Source: Candidatus Aenigmatarchaeota archaeon
Lineage (GTDB): Archaea > Aenigmatarchaeota > Aenigmatarchaeia > CG10238-14 > SpSt-28
Reading direction: 5' to 3'
DNA length: 53,876 nt
Assembly: GCA_038742305.1 (NCBI GenBank)
Contig: JAVYKI010000001.1
Coordinates: 1 to 53,876, forward strand
Shown: piece after piece, positions 17,914 to 24,889 of the stretch
Position numbering within the stretch: position 1 is the stretch's first letter
How the letters are laid out: the number at the start of each line of letters is the position of its first letter
The notes under the pieces: model-generated
What the model was told of the DNA's origin: nothing
Databases searched by the model: none
What the model saw: only the letters and a program-made list of their open reading frames with translations
Made by a program: the position numbers and the translations under genes

Positions 17914-18093
17914 TTAAACTGAAATAAAAACATTACAAAATATTCCTAACGGTCCAAAAATTAAGTTGCAAATTTCTGCTAGTGCTTTTCCAGTTTCTGG
18001 ATTTAAAATTGAAAAAATTATTAAAACAAAAAACATTAAGCCTATTAGCACTAAAATTATAACTATAAAGTTTCTTATAGAAAACTCTATCAT
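17914..18093 (-). CDS. micro-protein 4 of array, single TM
   Basis: MIEFSIRNFIVIILVLIGLMFFVLIIFSILNPETGKALAEICNLIFGPLGIFCNVFISV*. The track ORF 17914..18111 uses a TTG start. The internal ATG at 18093 gives an ATGA overlap with the upstream micro-ORF. Confidence 0.6.
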   Translation of the reverse strand: MIEFSIRNFIVIILVLIGLMFFVLIIFSILNPETGKALAEICNLIFGPLGIFCNVFISV

Positions 18094-18269
18094 ATCATAA
18101 AAACTTCGCAAACTTTTGGATTAGCAAGTATTTTTGCTACAGTTAAAAGGCATATTTCTTTTGCTACTATTGCAAACCTTTCTGGAAAAATTAAACCTAG
18201 GAAAACTATTAAAATAGTTGAAAAAATTAATATTGTAAGAATTATAATTACCAAAAGCTTTACTTCCAT
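18090..18269 (-). CDS. micro-protein 3 of array, single TM
   Basis: MEVKLLVIIILTILIFSTILIVFLGLIFPERFAIVAKEICLLTVAKILANPKVCEVFMI*, 59 aa. Confidence 0.55.
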   Translation of the reverse strand: MEVKLLVIIILTILIFSTILIVFLGLIFPERFAIVAKEICLLTVAKILANPKVCEVFMI

Positions 18270-18412
18270 TATTTAAAAATTTTTTCTATAAAGTTTGCAA
18301 TATATTCTGGAAGTTTTGAAAAATCGAAAGAACTAAAAAGTAAAATAACAATTACTGCTACTATGATTATAAAAAATATTATTACGTAAACTAATTCAAA
18401 CGGCAATTCCAT
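18269..18412 (-). CDS. micro-protein 2 of array, single TM
   Basis: MELPFELVYVIIFFIIIVAVIVILLFSSFDFSKLPEYIANFIEKIFK*, 47 aa. Its stop shares one base with the next ATG. Confidence 0.55.
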   Translation of the reverse strand: MELPFELVYVIIFFIIIVAVIVILLFSSFDFSKLPEYIANFIEKIFK

Positions 18413-18529
18413 TTAACTAATATGCAAAGATAAAATTTTAAAATAGTAAATAGCTATTAGGATTAAGATTATTAGGATTAAGATTCCTAAGCCAATGAAA
18501 ATTGCATTTTTAATTGTGCTTTGCTCCAT
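18413..18529 (-). CDS. micro-protein 1 of array, single TM
   Basis: MEQSTIKNAIFIGLGILILIILILIAIYYFKILSLHIS*, 38 aa. Its stop directly abuts the next ATG. Confidence 0.5.
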   Translation of the reverse strand: MEQSTIKNAIFIGLGILILIILILIAIYYFKILSLHIS

Positions 18530-18551
18530 AATAATATTTATGAATTATTAA

Positions 18552-18647
18552 GGGGCCGTAGTCTAGCTAGGCAGGACGGCGGGCTCCAGAGCGAGCTCTG
18601 AAAAATGAAGAAACCCGCTAACCTGGGTTCAAATCCCAGCGGCCCCA
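18552..18647 (+). tRNA. trnW: tRNA-Trp (anticodon CCA) with a 23-nt intron at the canonical 37/38 position
   Basis: Acceptor GGGGCCG/CGGCCCC plus discriminator A. D arm GTCT-AGCTAGGCA-GGAC. Anticodon stem GCGGG/CCCGC with loop CT-CCA-G[intron]A. T arm CTGGG-TTCAAAT-CCCAG. No encoded CCA. Confidence 0.9.
18590..18612 (+). other. tRNA-Trp intron
   Basis: agcgagctctgaaaaatgaagaa lies between position 37 (G18589) and A38 (18613); the boundary is ambiguous by one A. Intron CUCUG (18596-18600) can pair with CAGAG, which spans the anticodon and the 5' splice site. Confidence 0.75.
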
Positions 18648-18721
18648 AAAATTAAGGTTTTTTTCTTTAATCTGATAACAAATCTAGAAAAACCTCTTCC
18701 TCACCACTTAAAACTCTTTTC

Positions 18722-19288
18722 TTAATTTACATAAGTATAATATTTTTTAATTAGTCTTTTTACATAATTACTTACCGGTTTAATATTAAGATAAAGAGAA
18801 AAAATTATTATTTCGATTATTAATATTCCAAATATTATTAAACCTGCAGAAACATTTAAAAGTATTTTGGCTTTATTAGTTTGTTGAGTGTCTCTACCAA
18901 TAAGAAGAGCAATAAAGTATAATATAAAGCTTACTACTATTATTAAAAATGCTAAAGCTGGTAATCTTCCTAGAAAGCTTATAAGATTAAAACTAAAAGG
19001 GATTAATGTAAATACCGCTACTCCAATAAAAATTAGAGTTATACCGAGTTGTATATTTTTGTAGAAAAAGTAATAAAACCCCAAAATAATAAGAATTGAA
19101 GCAACAATGCCAGCAATAATAAAAATTATCAATTGTGCGTTTTGGTTTAAAAAGTTTATAACTGCCTGTTGAGAAGATTCATCAGAAACTTCCTCAAAGG
19201 TAACTCCAAAAGTTATAGAAACCAAAAATATTAAACTAATAAGAAAATAAACACCAAATAATTTTATTTTATTAGTACTTTTAACCAT
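18722..19288 (-). CDS. multi-pass membrane protein, unknown function
   Basis: 188 aa. N-terminal signal/anchor followed by about 4 hydrophobic segments. No recognisable motif. Confidence 0.55.
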   Translation of the reverse strand: MVKSTNKIKLFGVYFLISLIFLVSITFGVTFEEVSDESSQQAVINFLNQNAQLIIFIIAGIVASILIILGFYYFFYKNIQLGITLIFIGVAVFTLIPFSFNLISFLGRLPALAFLIIVVSFILYFIALLIGRDTQQTNKAKILLNVSAGLIIFGILIIEIIIFSLYLNIKPVSNYVKRLIKKYYTYVN

Positions 19289-19352
19289 AATTTTTATTTA
19301 CCGTTAATATATAATAAATATTTTCCGATAGTAAAAATTATAAAAAAAGAGG

Positions 19353-19646
19353 TTATTTTGCGAGAACTATTTCTATTGTTGATACATATGTTTTCTTTCC
19401 TTGCTGGTTTACTTTTTCTTCGCTTGCTATGTTTATATTCTTTATTTTTGCATCTTGCACAAACCTTCTCATTACTATGTTTGCAACATCAACAGCTCTA
19501 CTTATTGCCCTTCCTCTTGCTTTTATTCTCACTTGCTTATTTCCTGCTCCAAACTGAGTTATTACTGCTAGTACATAGCTCATTAGTGGTTTCTTTCCTA
19601 TGTATATTGCATCTTCTTCTTTTTGAGCTGCTTTTTCTTCTGCCAT
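19353..19646 (-). CDS. albA: DNA/RNA-binding protein Alba
   Basis: IYIGKKPLMSYVLAVITQF..NKQVRIKARGRAISRAVDVANIVMRRF is the Alba signature. 97 aa. Confidence 0.9.
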   Translation of the reverse strand: MAEEKAAQKEEDAIYIGKKPLMSYVLAVITQFGAGNKQVRIKARGRAISRAVDVANIVMRRFVQDAKIKNINIASEEKVNQQGKKTYVSTIEIVLAK

Positions 19647-19688
19647 GCCTCTATACTTTAATAATTATTAGAAAAGTATTTAAGTATT

Positions 19689-19982
19689 ATGCAAAACTTA
19701 CTTTTCGAATTTATTGCTCCGCTAATACTTTTAACTTTAATAGTTTATGCTTTGCTTAGAAAAATAAAATTTTCAGATAATGATAGAATAAACTTAGCAA
19801 TTGCTTTTACACTATCTTTTATTGGAACTTATTCTCTTTATAATTTGCAGCTTTCCCAATTTTTAATTTCTTCGGCAGGAATTACAATAGCAATAATATT
19901 TATTTCTTTAGTAATAATAGCTTCTGCGAGAAAAGGTTATAAAAAAGTTGAAGAGCAATTTAAGAAAGAAGAGAAAAAATGA
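19689..19982 (+). CDS. small membrane protein
   Basis: 97 aa with about 3 hydrophobic segments and a basic C-terminal tail. Confidence 0.5.
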   Translation: MQNLLFEFIAPLILLTLIVYALLRKIKFSDNDRINLAIAFTLSFIGTYSLYNLQLSQFLISSAGITIAIIFISLVIIASARKGYKKVEEQFKKEEKK

Positions 19983-20218
19983 ATGATCTAATTTTAATAG
20001 CTTTCTTCTTTTTGTCTTTACTTATTTTTTACGAACTGATCAAAAAGCTAAAGGTTTTTGATAAAAAAATAAACTTTGTAATTTCGATTTCCCTTGCATT
20101 TTTAGTAATTTATTTTTTAAGTTTGGGAAATTTAAATATTTATAATTTAGGTTATTTTTTTCTCGGATTTTTAATTTTAATATTTGGTATTATAATATAT
20201 TTTGCTTTAAAGCAATAA
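19979..20218 (+). CDS. small membrane protein
   Basis: 79 aa with 3 hydrophobic segments. ATGA overlap with the preceding gene. Confidence 0.5.
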   Translation: MNDLILIAFFFLSLLIFYELIKKLKVFDKKINFVISISLAFLVIYFLSLGNLNIYNLGYFFLGFLILIFGIIIYFALKQ

Positions 20219-20224
20219 ATTATT

Positions 20225-20659
20225 ATGTACAAGCATTTAATCTGCTTAAAGTACGAAGATTAGCTTGAAACTATACGACAGCTTTTACACAATCCAGAAA
20301 TAAAAGAAGTATGTATAACAAGCGGAAATCTTGTAGTAAGAAATAGAGACGGAAGAAAAGAAGTATACTATGCTTCTCATCTTTCAAAAAATATACTAGA
20401 AACTTTATTTAGAGAAGAAATTTCAGAATTGTGTAGTGCCTACGGTTTAATTTCATGCAACGAAATTAAAAACTCGGGAATAAGCTTAGAAACTTTAGCA
20501 AAAATCATAAGCGAGCTCTCCATAAAAGTTCAATTGAGAAATTTTGAAGATCCTAGAAAAGGTAGATATATTATAAACTCTAACGATTTGGATGAATATC
20601 TTTGGAGAAAGTTATCCGAAGGAAATCTATCAAGAGCTGTTAGGGAGTTGCTAAGGTAA
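20225..20659 (+). pseudogene. unknown-function ORF interrupted by one in-frame TAG (20261-20263)
   Basis: The ATG at 20225 gives MYKHLICLKYED, then TAG. The same frame continues as LETIRQLLHNPEIKEVCITSGNLVVRNRDGRKEVYYASHL... to the TAA at 20657-20659. The track ORF 20429..20659 is only the tail, from an internal TTG. Confidence 0.45.
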
Positions 20660-21487
20660 TTACACTATTCCTATCTTTATTTTCTCTTTTTCATAATTTC
20701 CGATTAACTTCTCCACATACCCTAAAATTTGTCCTTTATAAAATTTTCTTATTTCAGATTGTTTTAATTCTTTCAATTTTTTCTTTTGTAAAAACTTTAA
20801 AACAAAGTTATATAAATTATAATCTTCTAGAAATCTTTTCATACCTTCAGAAGGAAATGGCCATTTTTCAGCTAAATACTCAAAACTACCGAATAAAATT
20901 CCTTCATAAAAGGTTTCTTTCCCAACTTCTTTTTGATATGAATCTATAATTAATAAAGAAAGTTTTCTTTGAAATTTCACATCCTTCTGAAAATCGTTTA
21001 ATTCTAAAGCCTTTTTTACTTCTTTTAAGTCAGAAGAAACTTTTTCTTTAAAACTTCCAAAACCCTTTTCCCCAAATAAATAATCGTAGAATAATCTTAC
21101 ATAGTAGACATTTTGAGTTAGAGAATCTATTACAAATAATATTTGGTATGCAAAAGTAATAAATTTCGGCAAATAATCAGAATGTTCAGAATCTAAAACT
21201 CTGAACTTTTGAGTAATAAGTTCGTAAACATCTGACCAAGAATCAAAGCTTTTCATAATTGCAAATAAACCGCTTTCCTGCAAATTTCTATTTATAGAAA
21301 AGAGAATGGAATCTTGGCTTTCTGGATTAAGATATTTAATTAATTCCTCTAAATCTTCCATTCTTTTTTTCCTTGTAAATCTATTTACTAACCAAGCTAG
21401 CCAAGTATTCTTGGAATTCAATTCATCAAATAGAGAGTTTAAAGTGCTAAACACTATTTCTCTAGCCAGCTGTGTAACTCTTTCCAT
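20660..21487 (-). CDS. hypothetical protein, no recognisable family
   Basis: 275-aa clean ORF, predicted soluble and helical. Convergent with and abutting the TAG-interrupted ORF. Confidence 0.55.
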   Translation of the reverse strand: MERVTQLAREIVFSTLNSLFDELNSKNTWLAWLVNRFTRKKRMEDLEELIKYLNPESQDSILFSINRNLQESGLFAIMKSFDSWSDVYELITQKFRVLDSEHSDYLPKFITFAYQILFVIDSLTQNVYYVRLFYDYLFGEKGFGSFKEKVSSDLKEVKKALELNDFQKDVKFQRKLSLLIIDSYQKEVGKETFYEGILFGSFEYLAEKWPFPSEGMKRFLEDYNLYNFVLKFLQKKKLKELKQSEIRKFYKGQILGYVEKLIGNYEKEKIKIGIV

Positions 21488-22397
21488 TTATTATATAACT
21501 ATGTTATAAATCTATAAAAGCCTTTTCCTTATGCTAAACTGCTCCATCTGGGTAAACAGATTTATAAAATAAACTAAAACAACCTACTTTTCGAACAGAT
21601 TTATTCCTTATTCTATTGGCTTAATAGCTTATTGTTTATTATTTACTTTTAAATGAATACTTTTCTGTAAATCTCTCACTCTCAGTTCTTTTCTTAAAAC
21701 CTACCACTGGCCTAGTAAGCCAGTAGTCATTTTTAAGACTTGGACTAAGGAATTGAACCAAAGCTAATTTGCATAATTTTAAGGTTTTAGCATCCTTAGT
21801 AAATACTATAAGTATTGCCGTTAAAATGTATTCACCTCTTTTAAGTAATATCTAATATGAAAAATATATAAAAGAATATATAAATTTTTTATTTTATGCT
21901 TTTGAGCCTTTTATATGAATTTTTTTCAGTTTCAAAAAGAATACTAAAGAGTAATAAAATTGTTAAGTAATTCTTATTTTCAAGTAATAAACACAAATCT
22001 AAATTAAAAAAGTGAGAGTTAATATGATCTGTAATTACTTATAATTAGTTAAAAAATCTTAATTAGAAATTAATAAGCGTTTGACTAGCAGATATTAAGT
22101 GAGATATACAAGTTTTTCTTTCTACTTTTTGTTCAAAACTTTACTTTCTTAACATACTTAGATTGTGAGAATTTAGATTAGTAGATTTACTACTGCAGAA
22201 GAGTATTTAACATTAGAATTAAAAATGGTGTGTGAACAAAAAACTTCTTAAAAAAGTTACAAAGCTTTATATTCTTCATGATATTAATTCATTTTAATTC
22301 TTGTAATTGGAAAATTAATACGATAGTGTGGGTAGGGGAAAAGCGAAATTTCACTCCCAAAAAATAATTGCAAGTATTTATTAAAGTAAGAAAACTA

Positions 22398-22607
22398 TAT
22401 CTGTTTAAGCGCTTAAGCGGATATTTTTATCTGCTTGAACTGCTTAAGCAGTTGCTTGAAGCGCTTAAACAGATATTAATAATTTTTTGCTTGCGCTTAT
22501 AAGCGCTTAAGCGGATATTAAGAAGAAAATTTAGTTTTTTTCTCGAAATATAACGATTTGTTTATCCGCTTATAAGCGCTTAAGCGGTTAAGCGGTTCAA
22601 GCAGATA
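22398..22607. repeat. array of CTTAAG-centred palindromes / inverted repeats bounded by TATCYG...CRGATA
   Basis: Perfect palindromes: AACTGCTTAAGCAGTT (22438-22453), GCGCTTATAAGCGC (22493-22506) and CGCTTATAAGCG (22567-22578). An imperfect 26-bp palindrome TATCTGTTTAAGCGCTTAAGCGGATA lies at 22398-22423. GCGCTTAAGCGGATAT occurs twice. The array is visibly GC-richer than its flanks. Confidence 0.85.
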
Positions 22608-22776
22608 ACTATAGCATTTAATTATACACCAAACTTTTGAATAAAACTTCAATAATCCACACATAAAAGTGCTCCATGTGGTACATTTAAAAATTAAAAA
22701 ATAAAAATTTCAAACCTGTCATCGTGCTTAATCTTTATAGAAAAATATTTTTCTATTCTTGCCTTATTTTTATTCT

Positions 22777-23292
22777 TTACTTATTAGTAGCTTCGTTAAA
22801 ACTTTTTTCCTCACCCTTATAGATTAAATAACCTCGCTTTCCCTTAATAGTTTTTTCAACATCGGGAACTTCATTTATACTTAATATATACCTTAAGTAA
22901 GAAGTAGAAATGTTCAATTCTTTGGCCAATTCTTCATAGCTAACTTCTTTCTTATTTTTGACAATTTCCCTAATTTTATCTATCATTTCGCCTTTTATTT
23001 TTCCTATTTTTACGCTAATCTTTTCATTTATATCTGCCAATTTTTCCAAGAGTTTATTTATATCATCTTTAGTTGAAAGGTTTAACAATAGCCATTCTTT
23101 TGTTGCCATGTTTGCCTCTATTCTAGCTAAAGAATCTTCAATATTCCTAATTGACTTTAAAATATAGCCTAAAGCCATTTGCTGACTATCATATGGCAAA
23201 GCAGGTTTAATTTCTTCGGATTTTTGCTCTTCCTTAATTTCCTCTGTTTTAGTTCTAGAAAAGAATTTTTTTAATTTATCTAATATGCTCAT
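22777..23292 (-). CDS. coiled-coil protein with C-terminal helix-turn-helix
   Basis: VSYEELAKELNISTSYLRYIL is an HTH-like segment near the C-terminus. 171 aa. Confidence 0.55.
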   Translation of the reverse strand: MSILDKLKKFFSRTKTEEIKEEQKSEEIKPALPYDSQQMALGYILKSIRNIEDSLARIEANMATKEWLLLNLSTKDDINKLLEKLADINEKISVKIGKIKGEMIDKIREIVKNKKEVSYEELAKELNISTSYLRYILSINEVPDVEKTIKGKRGYLIYKGEEKSFNEATNK

Positions 23293-23294
23293 AA

Positions 23295-23558
23295 TTAAAT
23301 AATTTCTTGCAACTTTTTAATTTTCCAATAATTCATGAACTTTTTAAAATCTATATCTTCCCTTAATTTAACTAATTTTAATCTAAAAGGTAATTGCTGT
23401 ATTTCTACAAAAGGTAAAAAATATTTAGATAAAAGCCTTGAAACTGTTTTATGGTTTAAATTAGCTCTTCTTGCAATTTCCCTAATCCAAATCCAACCTC
23501 TTGCTTCTTTTAAAACTTTAAAAATTTTGGCAACATTTAATGCTTCGTCTTTTCTCAT
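23295..23558 (-). CDS. small winged-HTH DNA-binding protein
   Basis: WIWIREIARRANLNHKTVSRLLSKY is HTH-like. 87 aa. Confidence 0.55.
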   Translation of the reverse strand: MRKDEALNVAKIFKVLKEARGWIWIREIARRANLNHKTVSRLLSKYFLPFVEIQQLPFRLKLVKLREDIDFKKFMNYWKIKKLQEII

Positions 23559-23698
23559 GAAAAGAGTTTTTCAATAGCTAGAATAAAACAATTACTTCCT
23601 TCTTCACAAATTTTTAATTTTGAAGTTAGTGAATCTAAAAGTAAAACTATTGCTAAACCAAGAACTATTATTAGCATTATTATACTCAAATAGTCCAT
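23555..23698 (-). CDS. micro-protein, single TM, coupled to the HTH genes
   Basis: MDYLSIIMLIIVLGLAIVLLLDSLTSKLKICEEGSNCFILAIEKLFS*, 47 aa. ATGA overlap with the 87-aa wHTH gene. Confidence 0.4.
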   Translation of the reverse strand: MDYLSIIMLIIVLGLAIVLLLDSLTSKLKICEEGSNCFILAIEKLFS

Positions 23699-23705
23699 AA
23701 ATATT

Positions 23706-24167
23706 ATGTTTGAAGTGCTTATTAAATCTTTTTCTTATTTAGGATTCTTTTTAGTCGGACTAATAAGTAGTTCCACAATAATTTTTCCCCTTCCAATTTA
23801 TGCATTAGTTAGTGTTGCTCCTTTATTTGGCTACAATCCTTTTTTAGTTGCATTTTTTACTTCATTAGGAATGACTTTAGGAGAATTAACTGGATATTTT
23901 GTTGGATACGGTAGTTATAAGCTTTTGGAAAAGAAAATAAGAAAAGTTAAAGAGTATAAAAAGTATAAAAAGTATGTAGAAAAATATGGTGATGTTGTAA
24001 TTTTTCTTTTTTCTCTTTTGCCTTTACCATTTGATATAGTAGGAATTATTTGCGGAAGTGTTAAGTATGATATAAAGAGGTTTTTATTTTTTACCTTTTT
24101 AGGAAAGTTTTTGAAAATTTTGGCTATTATTTATGGAATATATAGCATACAGCATGTATTCTTCTGA
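23706..24167 (+). CDS. DedA/VTT (SNARE-associated) family membrane protein
   Basis: LGELTGYFVGYG...LLPLPFDIVGIICGSVKYDIKRFLFFTFLGKFLK pattern. 153 aa. Confidence 0.7.
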   Translation: MFEVLIKSFSYLGFFLVGLISSSTIIFPLPIYALVSVAPLFGYNPFLVAFFTSLGMTLGELTGYFVGYGSYKLLEKKIRKVKEYKKYKKYVEKYGDVVIFLFSLLPLPFDIVGIICGSVKYDIKRFLFFTFLGKFLKILAIIYGIYSIQHVFF

Positions 24168-24507
24168 AATTAAGCAAGTTATTGTAATAAGGACTGATTT
24201 AAAAATGGGTAAAGGTAAATTAGTTGCTCAGGCTTGTCATGCAAGCTTAGAAGCTTATAAATTAGCTAAAAAAGAAATTATTGAAGAATGGGAAAAACAA
24301 GGCAGTAAAAAAGTTGTTCTAAAAGTTTCTTCTCTTGAAGAACTTTTAAAAATTTATGAAAATGCTAAAAAAGAGAATTTACCGGTTGCTTTAATAAGGG
24401 ATGCGGGAAAAACTCAATTAGAAGAAGGAACGATAACTTGCCTAGCAATTGGACCAGAATATTCAGAAAAAATAGATAAAATTACTGGAAATCTAAAACT
24501 TCTTTAA
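24133..24507 (+). CDS. pth2: peptidyl-tRNA hydrolase, archaeal type (Pth2)
   Basis: KQVIVIRTDLKMGKGKLVAQACHASLEAY is the Pth2 signature. The true start is probably the ATG at 24154. Confidence 0.85.
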   Translation: MEYIAYSMYSSEIKQVIVIRTDLKMGKGKLVAQACHASLEAYKLAKKEIIEEWEKQGSKKVVLKVSSLEELLKIYENAKKENLPVALIRDAGKTQLEEGTITCLAIGPEYSEKIDKITGNLKLL

Positions 24508-24530
24508 ATAGTTTTAAGTATTTTAGTTTT

Positions 24531-24716
24531 ATGGAAGAACTAGAAGAAATCTCAGCAATAATAAATCCAGTGTTTTTCTTAAAGTTGAAGCTAGAAGGGG
24601 AAAAAATATATGACAAAATATACAAGAATTTAGATGCAGTTTTGAGTGAAATACAAGAAATAGGATATATAGATGAATTAGAAGCTTTAAAAATTTTAGG
24701 TCAAATAAGTTTATGA
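24531..24716 (+). CDS. hypothetical small acidic protein
   Basis: 61 aa. Its stop overlaps the uS14 start (ATGA). Confidence 0.4.
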   Translation: MEELEEISAIINPVFFLKLKLEGEKIYDKIYKNLDAVLSEIQEIGYIDELEALKILGQISL

Positions 24717-24889
24717 AGCCAGAATTAAGAGTACCATTTCAGCCAAAAAAAGAAAGGCCTACTGGAAAAGAAAATGCTAAGTGTAGAAAATGCGGAAGCT
24801 ATAAAGGAGTAATAAGAAAGTATGGACTTTATTACTGCAGAAAATGCTTTAGAGAAATTGCAAAAGAGCTAGGGTTTGAAAAAAGATAG
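24713..24889 (+). CDS. rps14: ribosomal protein uS14 (zinc-binding short form)
   Basis: Hand-translated 58 aa, below the track cutoff: [58 protein letters not shown]. CxxC...CxxC plus the IRKYGLxxCRxCFRE signature. Confidence 0.85.
   Translation: MKPELRVPFQPKKERPTGKENAKCRKCGSYKGVIRKYGLYYCRKCFREIAKELGFEKR

Noticed and set aside
19358-19759. 133-aa Leu-rich ORF on the plus strand
   Set aside because: It is almost entirely antisense to the clearly recognisable Alba gene. The monotonous L/F composition is the complement of Alba's K/E/A codons.
20261-20263. In-frame TAG as a pyrrolysine codon or a sign of genetic-code reassignment
   Set aside because: TAG clearly terminates other genes here (for example the ThyX-like and flaJ-like genes). 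No pyl genes or Pyl-dependent methyltransferases are present.
21306-21509. Track ORF 21306..21509(+)
   Set aside because: Antisense to the 5' part of the 275-aa gene. No support.
22398-22607. Palindrome array as a CRISPR array
   Set aside because: The repeats occur in both orientations, vary in length and have irregular short spacing. There are no unique spacers of constant size and no cas genes in the window.
22958-23577. Track ORFs 22958..23167(+) and 23335..23577(+)
   Set aside because: Antisense to the two HTH genes, which have better coding character and translational coupling.
18648-23700. Integrated element using tRNA-Trp as its attachment site
   Set aside because: No integrase or recombinase gene is present. 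I find no repeat of the tRNA 3' end downstream. The housekeeping Alba gene lies inside the interval. Only the weaker plasmid-like-module idea is retained for 20225-23698.
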